A DNA stretch of 64,000 nt from Lama glama. Lineage: Eukaryota. Made by a program: the position numbers and the translations under genes. The stretch is taken from positions 37,574,001 to 37,638,000 of the forward strand of contig CM052817.1 of NCBI GenBank assembly GCA_028534125.1, given 5' to 3'. This document shows, in pieces, positions 1 through 12,742 of the stretch (its first letter is position 1; each line of letters opens with the position of its first letter). A model generated the notes under the pieces. That model was not told the origin of the DNA. It was given only the letters and a program-made list of their open reading frames with translations, and did not search any database.

Positions 1-29
1 TCTGCACACTCACCCAGGCCGCAAACCTC

Positions 30-1628
30 CAGTGTGCATGGGGATTCCACTGCTCTCCCTGCCCAAAGACTTCGCTCCTGCAATTACCCCCTCACATGCA
101 TCAAGAAGCTTATACACTAGGTTTTTCTCATTAGTATAGAAACACGCTGTACTATTTTCTACTTAGAACAACAACAACAAAAATCCTCCTTTGGTTCCAC
201 ACTTCCTTTCAGATTCTATCCCATTTTTTCTGTTGTCTTTTAGAGTAAGTCTCTTTAAAACTGTCATTTAAATTTTATCTCCACTTCCTCTCTCACTGCT
301 CTTGGACTCAGATCAATAGTGTGAGTCCCTACTATTCTACCAACACTGGTCACAAAAATGACTGCTCTCTGTGTTTTTATCAAAGCTAAAGGATAATTCT
401 CAATTTTCATTTTACTTGATCACTAAGCATCACATAACACAGCTGCTCAATCCCTCCTCTTCTTGGAACATCTGACTTCTGGGAAACCATGCTCTTTTTA
501 TTTTCCTTCTATTTCACTGGCTTCTCCTTCTTAATCTCTTTTGTAGGGTCCTGCTTCATGTCTAATCTCCTAATGTGAGACTATAACAGTGCTCAGACCT
601 CCAGATTTTTCTAGTCTCCATATACATTTCATACATACCTGATCTCATGTAGTCACATGACCTTAACTGTCTTATGTATTCCTATAACTTCAGGCTCTCT
701 CTGAATTCTAAATCTACTCACCTGCCTAGGTGAGTGTTGTACGTGGGTCTTAATACGCATCTTTAGCCTAACATGTCTAAAACCAAATTCTTGATACTTT
801 CTCCTTATATCCAACTTTTTCTCAATCACTCACCAGTTGCTTAGGACACAACTTAGAGTCATTCTTGACTCCTCTTTCTTACAAATGCCATATCTGAACA
901 AGCAGCAAATCCTGAAGGCACAACCTTGAAGATGTCTATATCTGACCCTTCTCTGCCACTAGCAACCTAGTCTGTGCTGCATGCATCTCAAATGGAGGAG
1001 TGTCATTGCCTCCTCACTGGTCTTTTACTCCTGCAATCTATTCCTCTCAGAACAGGTCAGAGTAATCCCATTACAATTTAAATCAGATCATGGCTCTGTA
1101 CGATTTCATCCAATGGCTTCCCATTATACTTAGAACATCCAAAGTGCTCCCGTTAGCTTCCGAGGTCTGACATGATTTGGGTCCTGGTTACCATCCACTC
1201 TGCCTTTCCCTCACTCTGCTGCAGTCACACGGCCTTTCCTGCCATTCCTCTAACATGCCGCACATCTCCCACACCTCAGGGCCTCTGCACTTGCTGTTCC
1301 TTTTGACTGGAACCCTCTTCCCCCTGATATCTCCACATTTTACTTCCTCATTTCAAATAGTTTTCTGTTCCAATGTCATCCCTTGGGAGAGAAGCCCTCT
1401 CTGATCGCCCTCCCTATGTAAGACAGAACTTGGACGTCCCAGCCCTGTATTCTCTGTTCCTTCTCTATTCCTGCTTCATTTTTCCTCAAAGCACTATTAC
1501 TAACTGATGGCGCATTACTTACTCAGTTTTTAGTGACTTAGTGGCTATCCCTCAGCCCGATAAAGTCCCAGTACCTAGAGGTACCCAGTACACGGTAGGT
1601 ACTCAATAAACATTTGTTGAGTGAATGA
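30..1628 (+). mobile_element. LINE-2 (L2) relic, 3' portion
   Basis: Pyrimidine-rich L2-like body (aacatgtctaaaacc, attcttgactcctcttt, caatggcttccca, cctcagggcctctgcacttgctgttcc). It ends in the L2 tail gtaggtactcaataaacatttgttgagtgaatga. Boundaries approximate. Confidence 0.8.
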
Positions 1629-4288
1629 TAGAACATAATTTTATGGCTCCCTCTCACTTAATGGGGGTCAAGGATAATGATAAGAATTTGAATCTATATA
1701 TTTTAACTCACATTTGCTGCTTTCATCAAATATATTAGTCTTTCTGTTCAAATCATTTATTACCAGGGCTACAAATAGGGAGCAAAAATGTTTATCACTT
1801 TATCTATCCCAACACCATATCTGGTAGAAGACTGAAAATTTTGAAAGACAAAACAAAAACAAAACAAACAAAAAACTAAAGAAATCTAGGTGATTTAGGA
1901 ATGAATAAATATGTTCTTTTGAGTCAGGAAAAAAAGGTCACCTCATCAAGCAAACACGCACAGAAACCGTGGGAATTGCACCTAAACTGTACTTCAAAAG
2001 TTAACACAGAAAAAAACCTTAGAGATGCTCCTTGGGAAACAGCTTTGAACATCTTTTTTGGTCACTGAAAGACATGTTTGATAGCTCAAAATCCCAAGAT
2101 TACTCATTCTGCTGTATCTGACTCATAATTTCCTGTTACTTTCCCCCCACCCGCTATGATACAAATCAATAGCGCTGTTTGGATCTGTTTTTCCATTTCA
2201 TTCTAGCTAAAGGGAATGGAAATTTTTATAAAGAAGCATGCAACATGTCTAAATACAGAACTATTTATAGCTCTCACAAATATGCGACCTAAAGAACAAA
2301 CAGAGCCTCCTGACCATGTACTAGCATGTTAAGGGTATTATCGGAAGCCTTTGTCCACATGCAGAAAACTCTGCACTTGAATAAGGAATTTAGACTTTAA
2401 TGTATTTTTCCTTGGGCAGGAAAGAGATGGGACAGTCTAAAAGAAGCAGAGTTTAGCATCTACATTAAATGTAACAAATACAACCTCCTTCTTGAAGTAT
2501 TTTTCTTTCACCTGTACCTTTATCTAATGCAGATGCCATGAATACCACGTCGTGTTTTTTTCCCTCTGAAAGTGTGAAATACAAGGTAGCTTAATACTAA
2601 AACACGACTTGATGAGCTAAGGCCTTAATGTTACCTAAAATAGAACCCATAAACAGTCAAAACTAAGATTCTCTCATAACTCTGACACTTTTCAGATATT
2701 ATCAAGAACATTGAAATAAGACTCACAAAATGATTTAGTTTTGTTTGGAGGAATATGCTTTTAAGTAACTAGCAAACTGACTATAAAATCAATCAATTAT
2801 AGCACATAATCCCAGAAACTGTTCCAGTTGTTCTCTCTACTCCTGCTTTTGGTTAAGCTAAAAGGGCATCACAGTAACAATTTATGTTTTCTCCAAATTA
2901 CACATATAGAGAAGAGTGACTTCCTTGGTCCCACACAGAGCTTAGTGCAACTCAACATTTGTTTCTTAGTGCTAGTCATCCCCAGATAGTTTTAACTTAA
3001 CAGAACCATGTAATATCAAGCACAGATCTGTCTTCGTCTCTTACCTTTTTGGCCAAAATTACCAAAATGGGGTCATCACAATTATGATTACCAAATGGGG
3101 TCATAGTAATATAAAATGCTATTATGCAAATATAAGGTAATGAAATTTAGGTAAATGAATTCTTATTAGAGTGCTCCTCAAAGAAAAGTATCAGGGACTA
3201 TATTAAAAGGAACAAGGGAGAAGAGAAAAGACATCAATTTAATAAAAATTCAAACATTAAGGAATAATTTTAGTGCAATGTATTTAATTACTTAGAGTCT
3301 GAACCCTGGATAAACTGTCTGCTTTAATCACATGGCTAGGGTTACCTGGTCTATTAATAATAGTTTACGGGTGTGAAACAGTGTCTGCCGGAATTAATTA
3401 GCTAAAGGGCAAGTTTTTGTTATTGTCCAGATGATTTTTTGTATATAATGGCACTTGAATTGAAATGAAGTGAGATATCAAATTTAAAAGGGAGTAAAGT
3501 CTGAAGCAACCTCTGGTTCTTTACTATCACATTACAAATTTCAAATTAATGCTTAACATTAACAACATGCTTTTATTCATGTAAGGGACCTGTGCACACA
3601 TGGAAAAGATACACATCAATATATTCACTCCTGACTTGACACTTTTCAGTTCAAACAAGTAAATCAATCCATAGCTATAATACCACCATCGCAACCCTAG
3701 CCTGAGAATAATACCCAGCCAGCACCTCAAAAGAAAGCTGAGGATTTTAGTACGAAAATGAACTCCAGACAGACCAAACTGGGCTTTTAAAAAAAGTACA
3801 AGATAACCTCTTTTAAGCCAGGAGAGATGTAGTGAAAATTAACTTTTTACATAATAGGTTACTTAGCAGTAATGTACTAATTATTCACTCAACAAATAAC
3901 ACTCACTGAACGCCTGCTTGTTGGACCCATTCAGCCTTGCTCTGAGAAATCAAAGTTTACTACCTTCTCACAGATGTTTAATACCATGCCTCCAGAACTT
4001 CCTTACTGCTAATAAGTCATTTTACATTCAGATTGGCAATTTTAAAAACCAAGCACAAACTATAAATAATCAGAGTCAGTCCTAAATTTAAAGGAGTCCA
4101 ATAACTCAAACCACTCCAGAAACCTTTTACATAATTGAATGGATTTGTAAGAATGTAAAGAGGAGGGAAAGGAAAAGAAAAATGTAGAAAATAAATGAAA
4201 GGGGATAATTCAAAGAAAATTCTTGATTCTCACAAAGAAAACAAAACCTGTCACTGCAAATATATTATCATCTTTTCATGTTGCATAC

Positions 4289-4382
4289 CTTGGTCTCTGT
4301 GACTGGCCTTGACCTGAGCTTTCATCTACCCCTGGGGGGCCGCTGTTGGACTCAAATCTCTTTGAAGCTTCACTTTTTCTCA
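4289..4382 (-). CDS. PTPN13: PTPN13 exon 9
   Basis: caattag|TGAGAA...ACCAAG|gtatgc, 94 nt. Translation: (V)RKSEASKRFESNSGPPGVDESSGQGQSQRP, ending in phase 2. Confidence 0.95.
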
Positions 4383-4775
4383 CTAATTGTGAATGAAAAA
4401 GGAATAGCACAAGTATAAAAATATGAAGTAATCTTATTTAAAACTCAAGCATTTAGCAGATACATAAGATAAGTTTTACAAATCATATTCATATAATCAA
4501 ATTAATGACATAATGTCATTAAACTCTTCAGAGGTAAGTCATGTTATTTTTGAAAACAATGAATTATTCCCTCTATTATGAAAATGACTATACTGCTGTT
4601 TGATAAACTGCTATTAAGCTCCTATAAAACTATTAAAATGGTTAACTGGCAACTTTTTATAATTTTAAAATCTTATGTGGAATTATTCCTTTGACATCTT
4701 ATATCTCAACACTACCAGAAGAGAAGAGCAATCATGGTTTCTTAAGACCATTTTGCTTGTCTGAGTGTCTCTCAC

Positions 4776-4871
4776 CTTGTCTGAAATCTGATTCAGAGGA
4801 AATAATAGATGGACTTTCACTGGAGGTACTGAAGATGTCACTGTGGTAAGCTTTGTACCTTCGAACTGGTT
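4776..4871 (-). CDS. PTPN13: PTPN13 exon 8
   Basis: ccttctag|AACCAG...AGACAAG|gtgaga, 96 nt. Translation: (E)PVRRYKAYHSDIFSTSSESPSIISSESDFRQ. Confidence 0.96.
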
Positions 4872-5041
4872 CTAGAAGGATTAAAACAAAAACATTAGAA
4901 AACAAAGTCATTAGCTGTTCCACACAAATCGAATCAAATGTTATATTTATTCCCATGAGATGAGGACATTTTATATATTGCTTTAAATTTACTAATTGCT
5001 GGATGGTATTCAGAAATGTGACTACAATTTTGAAGTGGTTT

Positions 5042-5210
5042 GGCATACTGGTTAAGAACTTAGACTCTGAAGCCAGATTGCCTGGGTTTGAATTTCAGCT
5101 CTGCTACCTGCTAGGTGCATGACTTTAGGAAGGTAACAATAGTGTGCATCTCATAGGCTTGTTGTGAGAATTAAATGAATTAACGTATGCATAGCTCTTA
5201 GAACAGAGTG
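5042..5210 (+). mobile_element. MIR SINE
   Basis: tggttaagaacttagactctgaagccagattgcctgggtttgaatttcagctctgc...ctcataggcttgttgtgagaattaaatga matches the MIR head and tail. Confidence 0.8.
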
Positions 5211-5479
5211 GTTGCTATAAAACATCATCATTAACAAGCAGTTTTTGATTGCTTACTCTGTGTAATTCTGTTAGGTGCTATAATAGGGATGGAAAATCCA
5301 AAGACACAGTCCCAAGCTCAAATAATTTAAAATGCGAAAGTACAAAATACTTAAGCTAAACACTTAGTTCCACCAGAATGAGATGAGCAAGCACTGGGAG
5401 TGGGGGGTGGGGGACTGTGTAGGGTTGGGCAGCGCGTGCTCTGTACGAGGGGGGCAGAACCCCACTAAGGTCTAAATGC

Positions 5480-6365
5480 TACCTTCTCAACGTTTCTGAC
5501 TCACCCCTTCTTCGTACTCACGATCGCTATCACAGATGACTATTCACCTCACATCTGGACTATTTCACGTGTCCCAGATTCCCCTTTCTGCAGTCTTGCT
5601 CATCTCAGTTCACATCACAGAGAGTAGACTTCCCAGAAATGAAAATCTGAGCATCATGCTGTATTTCTTAAACTAGAGTCTTCAAGATACAGTTTAGAAT
5701 CTCCTTAGCTTAGTATTCAAAGCCTTTCACAAGCTGGTTCCTGACTGCATTTATAGCAATGGCTCTCCATAGTGTGAAGTCATAGATTCTTACTTGTTAA
5801 AATCAGATGAAAAGTACAGACCTCTCTTCCCCACCCCTCAAACCACAAGGATACACAAACATTGAAACAGAACTTTAAAAACTCAATCCAAGTAGAACCT
5901 TTGTTCCATGACACCAACACCATCCACTTCTCCAGACCAATTCTGCACTCATATAACTGGATTTACAGATAACTAAAGGCATATTAACGTTTAGATTCTT
6001 TCCTGAGATACTCTCCCTGCTAGGAATGCTGTTCCTCCCTTTTCTTTAGAATATTTTTTCTTTTCCCTTTAAGAGAAGCCTTAAAGGAAAACAAACAAAC
6101 AAACTTTCATGTCCACCAAAGCGTTCGTGATTACCTAAATGCTGAGGAAGGCACTGCTTCTTTTACTTTTATATTGTCTATGCTTAACTAACTGTGAGTC
6201 TTCCACGGTCTAATAGTTCTCTCTCCACTTGTTTCCTCTACCTAAACAATAAACTCTGACAAAAAGGACTGTGTCTTTTTTAGATGTACCTCGAGTATGT
6301 GGCAAGTGTCTGATGCATAGCAAGCACAAAATATTTTCTGAATGAATATGAAATGAGTGAAAAGA
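5480..6365 (+). mobile_element. Degenerate L2 fragment(s)
   Basis: L2-like motifs (ctcacatctggactatt, attcaaagcctttcac) and an L2-type tail (aaatattttctgaatgaat). Boundaries approximate. Confidence 0.55.
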
Positions 6366-7180
6366 TGAATACAAGTGATGTACAAGGGTCACTGATGATC
6401 TTCAAGAGGGCTATTTTCATTGTTTAGACAGGTCACAGGCCAAATCAGACTAGATGGTAGGAAATAGAGATAATGAGTAACACTATTCTTTCAAGAAGTT
6501 TGAGGGTTTGAGAAAGGAAAAAGATATTTTTCATAAAGTAGACTAAATGAGTTATCAGGGTCTTTTGGGCAGGGTGGAATGTCTGAGAATGATTTTAGGC
6601 AGTGGCTAATAAGCCTGTAGACTGGAGGAGGTTGCAAATGATAGTGGGGAAAACTGAAAAAATGTGATGGAAGCAAGAGGAGATGGAAAAAACCCAACAT
6701 ACATGGGATGGCTAATTTGGCAAGGAGGAAGAAACTTTCTTAAGAGACGGAAGTGATGAACAAAGGAAAAAGTGAAAATACAGAGGGAATCCCAAGATAC
6801 TCATATCAGAAAGTTGCTGTACTCCTGGTAATAAAAAGTAAATCACTTTCTGAGAAGAGTAAAGAAATTCCGCTGTGAAGAATATGAGAAGAGTCAGCAA
6901 AAAACATATGAAAGCTTTTATGTAACCATGAGAGTTTAGATTAGACTAGAATGTATGTATTTTGCTAGAACCAATCAGAATGGTTCTGTGGCTTTTTCTT
7001 GGCACTAGAGAAAGCAGACCATAGGAAATACCTAGACTGAAGGAGTGACATGGGTTGTCTGGTGGCAGATTGTCGAGGTATATAAAGGTTTCTTTTTCAC
7101 TAGTTTCCAAACTTGAGGACAAAATGAATTATTCCCTTGTGCTAGAAGGCATTTAATAGAGATTGTTAAAAGAAAAAGAG

Positions 7181-7205
7181 ATGAATGAATGAATGAATGA
7201 ATGAA
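7181..7205. repeat. (ATGA)6 tetranucleotide microsatellite
   Basis: atgaatgaatgaatgaatgaatgaa is seen directly. It may be an L2 tail remnant. Confidence 0.85.
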
Positions 7206-9160
7206 AGAAATAGCTAAATAGCAACACAGAAAGCAGGCTTGTGGAACTAGGACAGAAATGATGGGCTGGAAAAACTGGGAGGTCATGCTGAGACGAAGGA
7301 CAGGAGTCACACTGGGAGAAGCACAAGGATAAATGACTGGCCATGGACTTGATAGAGAGGCAATTACATTCTGTTCTTCTAACAGTGTTTACCTGGAGAA
7401 GTAGGCATAATACAGCAGACTCCTGTTTTGTCCAGCTTTGTATACAGTGAACATGAGTTATCACATAACACTATGGTTAATTAAAAGTTTTGGAAATGAA
7501 AATCCAAAGTATTTACCAGCACTTAAAAAAAAAAGATTCCATTCTACCACAGGGATGTCTCATGGTAAAATAATTTTTAAAAATTCCCCTGGTTTAAGAT
7601 GAATGTGATTTGAAAGGATTGTAGAAGACATCAAACAACAGTTTTATGTAGTACTATTTAAATTTAATGAACACGGTTAAATGCTTATGTAAGAACTGCT
7701 ATTTTCAAGGGGCACCAAAGAACTTTTTGTTTTATGGTATCGAACCTTCATGTTAAAGTTTAGAGGGGTTTTCCCAAGGTAACTTCACCAAACGACAAAC
7801 TTGGCATTGTAACGTACAGGACAGTAAAACCATCAAGGCCAAGGAGAAGACACAAACATATGGAGATAATATGGTTCTACCTCCCGAAGAAAAGTCAGAA
7901 GTTGCAATAAACCTATTTAGTAGATACAGAACCTCAGTCACTTGGATGTTATACCACGCAGTAACAATTTCACACCCCATGAAACTATTTCATAGCTATT
8001 TCTGCAAAGTGGCTGTAAGACAGTAAATACATTTTAACTTTAATTTCCACTCTTTGGTGGTGCTTTCTAACTGCTTATATATTATTTCACAAGTCCATAT
8101 TCCCTGTCTTTTGCTTGCCTATATTTTGTTTCCTTTACTCTGACAACACTAGTAAACTTCTTTCAATCCTTGGGTCCCTTAAAACAAATTAATGTAACTT
8201 TGACAACCCTCTTAAAAATATAACAATAAATCATCTTCCCTTGATGAACTACTGGTCTGTAAATGCTCTCAGTACCACACCTGGGGGGAGGGAGGACACT
8301 GCCTCGTGACGCTTTACCGTTTTAGAGTTAATAGGGCACAAGCACTTTGGAAAGTTGAACTGGATGACTAGTCTGGCAGGGCAGTTAAGGGGTAGGAAGA
8401 CTGTTTTTTTCCTTCTAAGACTGGGGTAGAGATGGGGTGTCTATGTTAATTAAAGTGGTGGAACTCTTTTTTCCAGAATGTATCTTTTAAAATGTTAGCT
8501 ATGTTCCTTTCATGTGATGGCATGGCAGTATTACCAGATTAAAGTTCCCAGGCAATATCTACTACTCAGACATGCTTATAAGAAGGTTATAATCGGATTA
8601 AAGTTCTCAGCCAAAATTTACTACTCGGTTGTGCTTACAAGCCCTTGTAAGCTTTCCATTTCTGAATTAAATAATACATATAACAGTTTCAGGAATTATT
8701 ATAAAAACACATGACCTTTATCAAGAGCATCTGCATTGGTGTACATGGAGAGGCACATTTTCCATGCTGACAGATCATTTCAACAGAAATACTTCTTGAC
8801 TTTCTGAGATGACCTATATAAAAGGCACTAACTAGATACAGTGACTTTCTCCCCCTGTTTTGGTCTGCAAAAGAAGGGTAATCCCTAATTTTTTACAAGG
8901 TGTCCTAACATTATTAACAGCTTTTTTTTTTTTTTGGAGCATCTAGGCAACAGAGATATGTTTCGCTCTATGTTTATGTATAATACTAGCACTTTAGATT
9001 TGGTCCAGATCCCAGGAATGTGGTATTAACTGCGTGATTAAAAACACACACAACTTTTTATTACAAAAACTTCTAGACACAAAAACAGAGAGTACAGTAA
9101 GCCTTCATATATATCCATCTCTCAGCATCAACAAAACCTAACGATTGCTGTATTTTCTTC

Positions 9161-9370
9161 TTCTTTTTTTTTAATTGAAGTATAGTCACTTACAATGTGC
9201 CAATTTCTGGTGTACGCATAATGTCCCAGTCATGCATATATATATGTACACATATTCGTCTTCATATTCTTTTCATTAAAGGTTATTACAAGATATTGAA
9301 TATAGTTCTCTGTGCTATGCAGAAGAAATTTGTTTTTCGTCTATTTTTATATATCGTGATTAACCTTTGC
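9161..9370 (-). mobile_element. 5'-truncated L1 3' end (artiodactyl-type), sense to PTPN13
   Basis: Poly-T followed by aattgaagtatagtcacttacaatgtg...aatgtcccagtcatgc. It is the reverse complement of the L1 3'UTR at about 41140-41345. Confidence 0.85.
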
Positions 9371-11519
9371 TGATTATTATTTTAATTAGAAAGTATTAAA
9401 CTTTTTTTTAAACAAAGAGATGCTCCTAAGTATTTATAGAATATTACAAAGTTTTTTGAACGCCAAAATTCTTGAATCATGTGCAATGGATCTGCTAAGA
9501 ATATTCAAATACACATTTTACAAAATACACATGTGGCCACTTTCATTGCAATGTTAAAATTGTAATCACAAAATTTTAAGCTGTCACATTACAACTGTAA
9601 AACTGAATTTATTTGCCTTTTGTGGGATAAAATTAGACTCAGTATCTAACTTGCTGCTTTGCAAATTTCTTTTCTCAGCTAGCAAATACTTAAATGAAAT
9701 CTACGTTATATAAATCAGTGCACTAGAGTTCATTCAGGATTATTCCTCATTTCACTGGATGACGTTCTTCTCTTTGACTTCCTGTAAGTACTTAGTTTTT
9801 AGATGTGGAAAATGAAGTTGTAGTTAAGAATCTTACTGTAGAAACACTAGTGAGTGCAAAAGAAAAAGTGGGAGAGTGAAATTAGCCTGGATACATGTCA
9901 CCAGGAAAGCAGCACCAAACTGAATACATGTATATAAACATATAAAACACACAGGAATATAGTCTCTCTAAAAAAGCATTTTGTGGAATAGTGGTGAGAG
10001 AATGAGAAGAATAGGGACTAAAGAAGAATGGTTTAAAGAATTCACATCTGGAGAGAAGTCTAGTCATGGAGACTCTGTAATCACACATGCTCTGACAATT
10101 AAATATAATCTTTTAATTTCTAGTATTATCTTACCATAATTAAGAGTATACTAATTTTTGGTTAAAATACAAGGTATAAAAGTCTGAAAAATATTTGATT
10201 ACCCTTTAACTGTAATCTGATCCTCTAAACAAAATTCACTCCAATTCTACTAAGATATAAACTCCACTTAAATAGCAACAATAAAAAGCAGCTTTTCGAT
10301 AGGCGCGGGTTTTGTCATAAATTCTTGACAATTTAGAGTCACAATTTCCACCAACACTTAACACATTTAACACTTTGAACATGTAAATCTGTGGCACGCA
10401 ATCATGGACACTGTATTTCTAATATCTAGAGGATTATGAAGACCCGCATATTCTGTGCTTACATAAGGCTATTTTGTATGAAACGTTCAAATCTACAATC
10501 TTCACATGAAAATGAATCTAAGCCAGCACAAACTGCAATCTAAAAATACCATTTACAAGTGACACATATTCAAGCTCAGACAAGTAACATGAAGAAACTG
10601 AGACTTAGGCAGTTACAACATCAGAAATTAAATCACCACTTTGAGCTTGGCATTTCTTTACCTTTAATACATGACCTAAATTACAGATAAAAGTTTCAAA
10701 GAGAAGTGTGCTAAAATGACTTGTTTTGCAACTCAGAACTATAAAAAAGTTTAAAACCCTGCATTTTTATGGTTACGGGGCCTAACAAAATATTTCAATC
10801 TTCAAATACAGCAGAATATTTCAAGTAAAGTAGTAACATTATGTATTTGTGTGTGAAGCATTTTTCTCTGTGCTTTCTTTTCAGGGGGTTATTTAATTTC
10901 TGGAGATGAGAGACTGTACCTTTTGTATGTTCACTAGAGACCAGTGAATTCTACATTACACCATGCTGCATGATACATGAATAGAATATATTCTAAAGTC
11001 CCTCGAAAGCTAGACACAATCAATAAAATTTTTAACCAGGAAGAAAAGAACTCATGCAAGTATGAATATATATAAATAAGGAAGGATATATGGAGACATA
11101 CTCTGTGAACTATAAATTACAGAATGTAAAATCTGTGCAGAGTAGGGATTGCAACAGGAGTGGACAGTCCCCTGTTCCTTCCATGAGGGTCTTGCGTGAT
11201 GCAGTGGCCACAGATCTGGGCCAGCTGTACCACTTCTAGCATCCTCCTTTACTGTTATGAAGTCAACCATCCCTTCTACAACTTTCAAACAGTACAGAGT
11301 TCTAAAGGAAATCAACTGTATTTGCTGTTGGTTGGTCAGGCTGTGACTGATAAGTATGTGATTTTCTCTTAAAGTTGGGCAAAACAGAGCAGAAGGAGGT
11401 GGGATTTTTGCCTCACTATATAGTATAATTTATCAGAGAATATTGTATTGCATACCTGAAATAGCACCATTGACTATATTTAACGTTTAATATTAATAGC
11501 CATGTTGCAATATTCAGTT

Positions 11520-12130
11520 TAGGTTATCAAACACTTACTAAGGATCTATTATGTCAGGAGTAGTGTAGATGCTAAGGATATAGCCATGAATTAGACCAGG
11601 TCAAATTTCTGATGTCTATAGGAGAAACAAGCTCCTCAGAATGAACAATTGCAATGAAAAATACAGGCCATCATCCTGAAGTAGATGATGAGAGAAAGCT
11701 TCTTGAAGCAGGCAATGCCTGAAAGCTTTGACAGTCTTAAGGCAGGAAGCTGCATGAATAAAAGCATATATAAATATAAAATGGACTGTAAGGAGGGAAG
11801 GGGAAGGGGTGGAGGACACATGGTGTTGGAGTGACATAAGAGATGGGAAATGCTAAAGGATGAAACTGGAGAGATATGATAATAGAAAGCCTTAAATACC
11901 ATAATCTGAGGAGACTGAATTGTATCCTGTTCAGCTGATGAAAAGTTATTAAATGGCTGAAGGCAGAGAAGAAATGTATTCAGATTTGCACGGTGAGAAA
12001 TGGAGGACAAATTATGGCTGAGAGATCAATTTAGAAAGCTATTTCCACAGTCCATGGGCAACAGAAGGAATTGAGAGATTGGGATGGAATGAAGAAATAT
12101 TTTGGAGGTTAAAGTTGCTAGGTCTTAAAA
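11520..12130 (-). mobile_element. Degenerate L2 fragment
   Basis: Reverse-orientation L2 motifs (caaacacttactaag, gatgctaaggatatagccatgaa, gaaagctatttccacagtcca). Boundaries approximate. Confidence 0.5.
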
Positions 12131-12587
12131 CCTGTGATGATACTCATTACTAGTAAGATCCATTTTAAATCTTTCTTAAAACATTGACCCATGCTTTTCA
12201 GACGGTTCCTATGTCAAAGCCAAACTGGGTCCACGTTAACTAGGTATGAGTTAGATTTAAATTAGGTCCCCAATTTCTGATCAATCAAGCAGCCTATGAT
12301 TCCTGTGGACTTTAAAATCAACATTATGTTACTATGAATACAGACATTGGAAAGTTTGTTTTGGTTTCACCTTTAACTTTCCTTAATGTTTAAAAACACA
12401 ACTTCATTTTTTCCACTTGGATAAATCAAAGGAAAGAAGTAAATGTCTATTCTCAGTTGTGTTTAAACTAAAGAATAACTCATTGCATCTCTCTTCTCAA
12501 ATGCTTCTCAAACCAATCTTTCCTCCTTTGAACATGGGTTATTTTATACTGGACAAACCTTACATGACAATGCTCTGAAGCTGCATT

Positions 12588-12742
12588 ATGTGGCTATGTA
12601 AACTTAAATAAAATACTAAGTTCCTTGGTTGCACTAGCTACAATGCAAGTGCTTAGTGTCACATGTGGCTTGTAACTACTGAGCTGGACTTGGTAGATAC
12701 AGGACATTTCCTCCACTGTAGATGTTCTGTCGAACAATGCTG
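12588..12742. mobile_element. MER3-like hAT-Charlie DNA transposon relic
   Basis: gttccttggttgcactagctaca...cacatgtggcttgtaactact...acatttcctccactgtagatgttctgtcgaacaatgctg resembles MER3. Confidence 0.6.

Noticed and set aside
5396..5430. G-run cluster (potential G-quadruplex); similar runs at 13095-13116
   Set aside because: Isolated intronic G-runs on the non-transcript strand are common. Nothing indicates function.
7753..7980. 75-aa minus-strand ORF in intron 7, with the opposite strand also open over a similar span
   Set aside because: No recognisable homology in either orientation, and no poly(A) or TSD to suggest a retrocopy.
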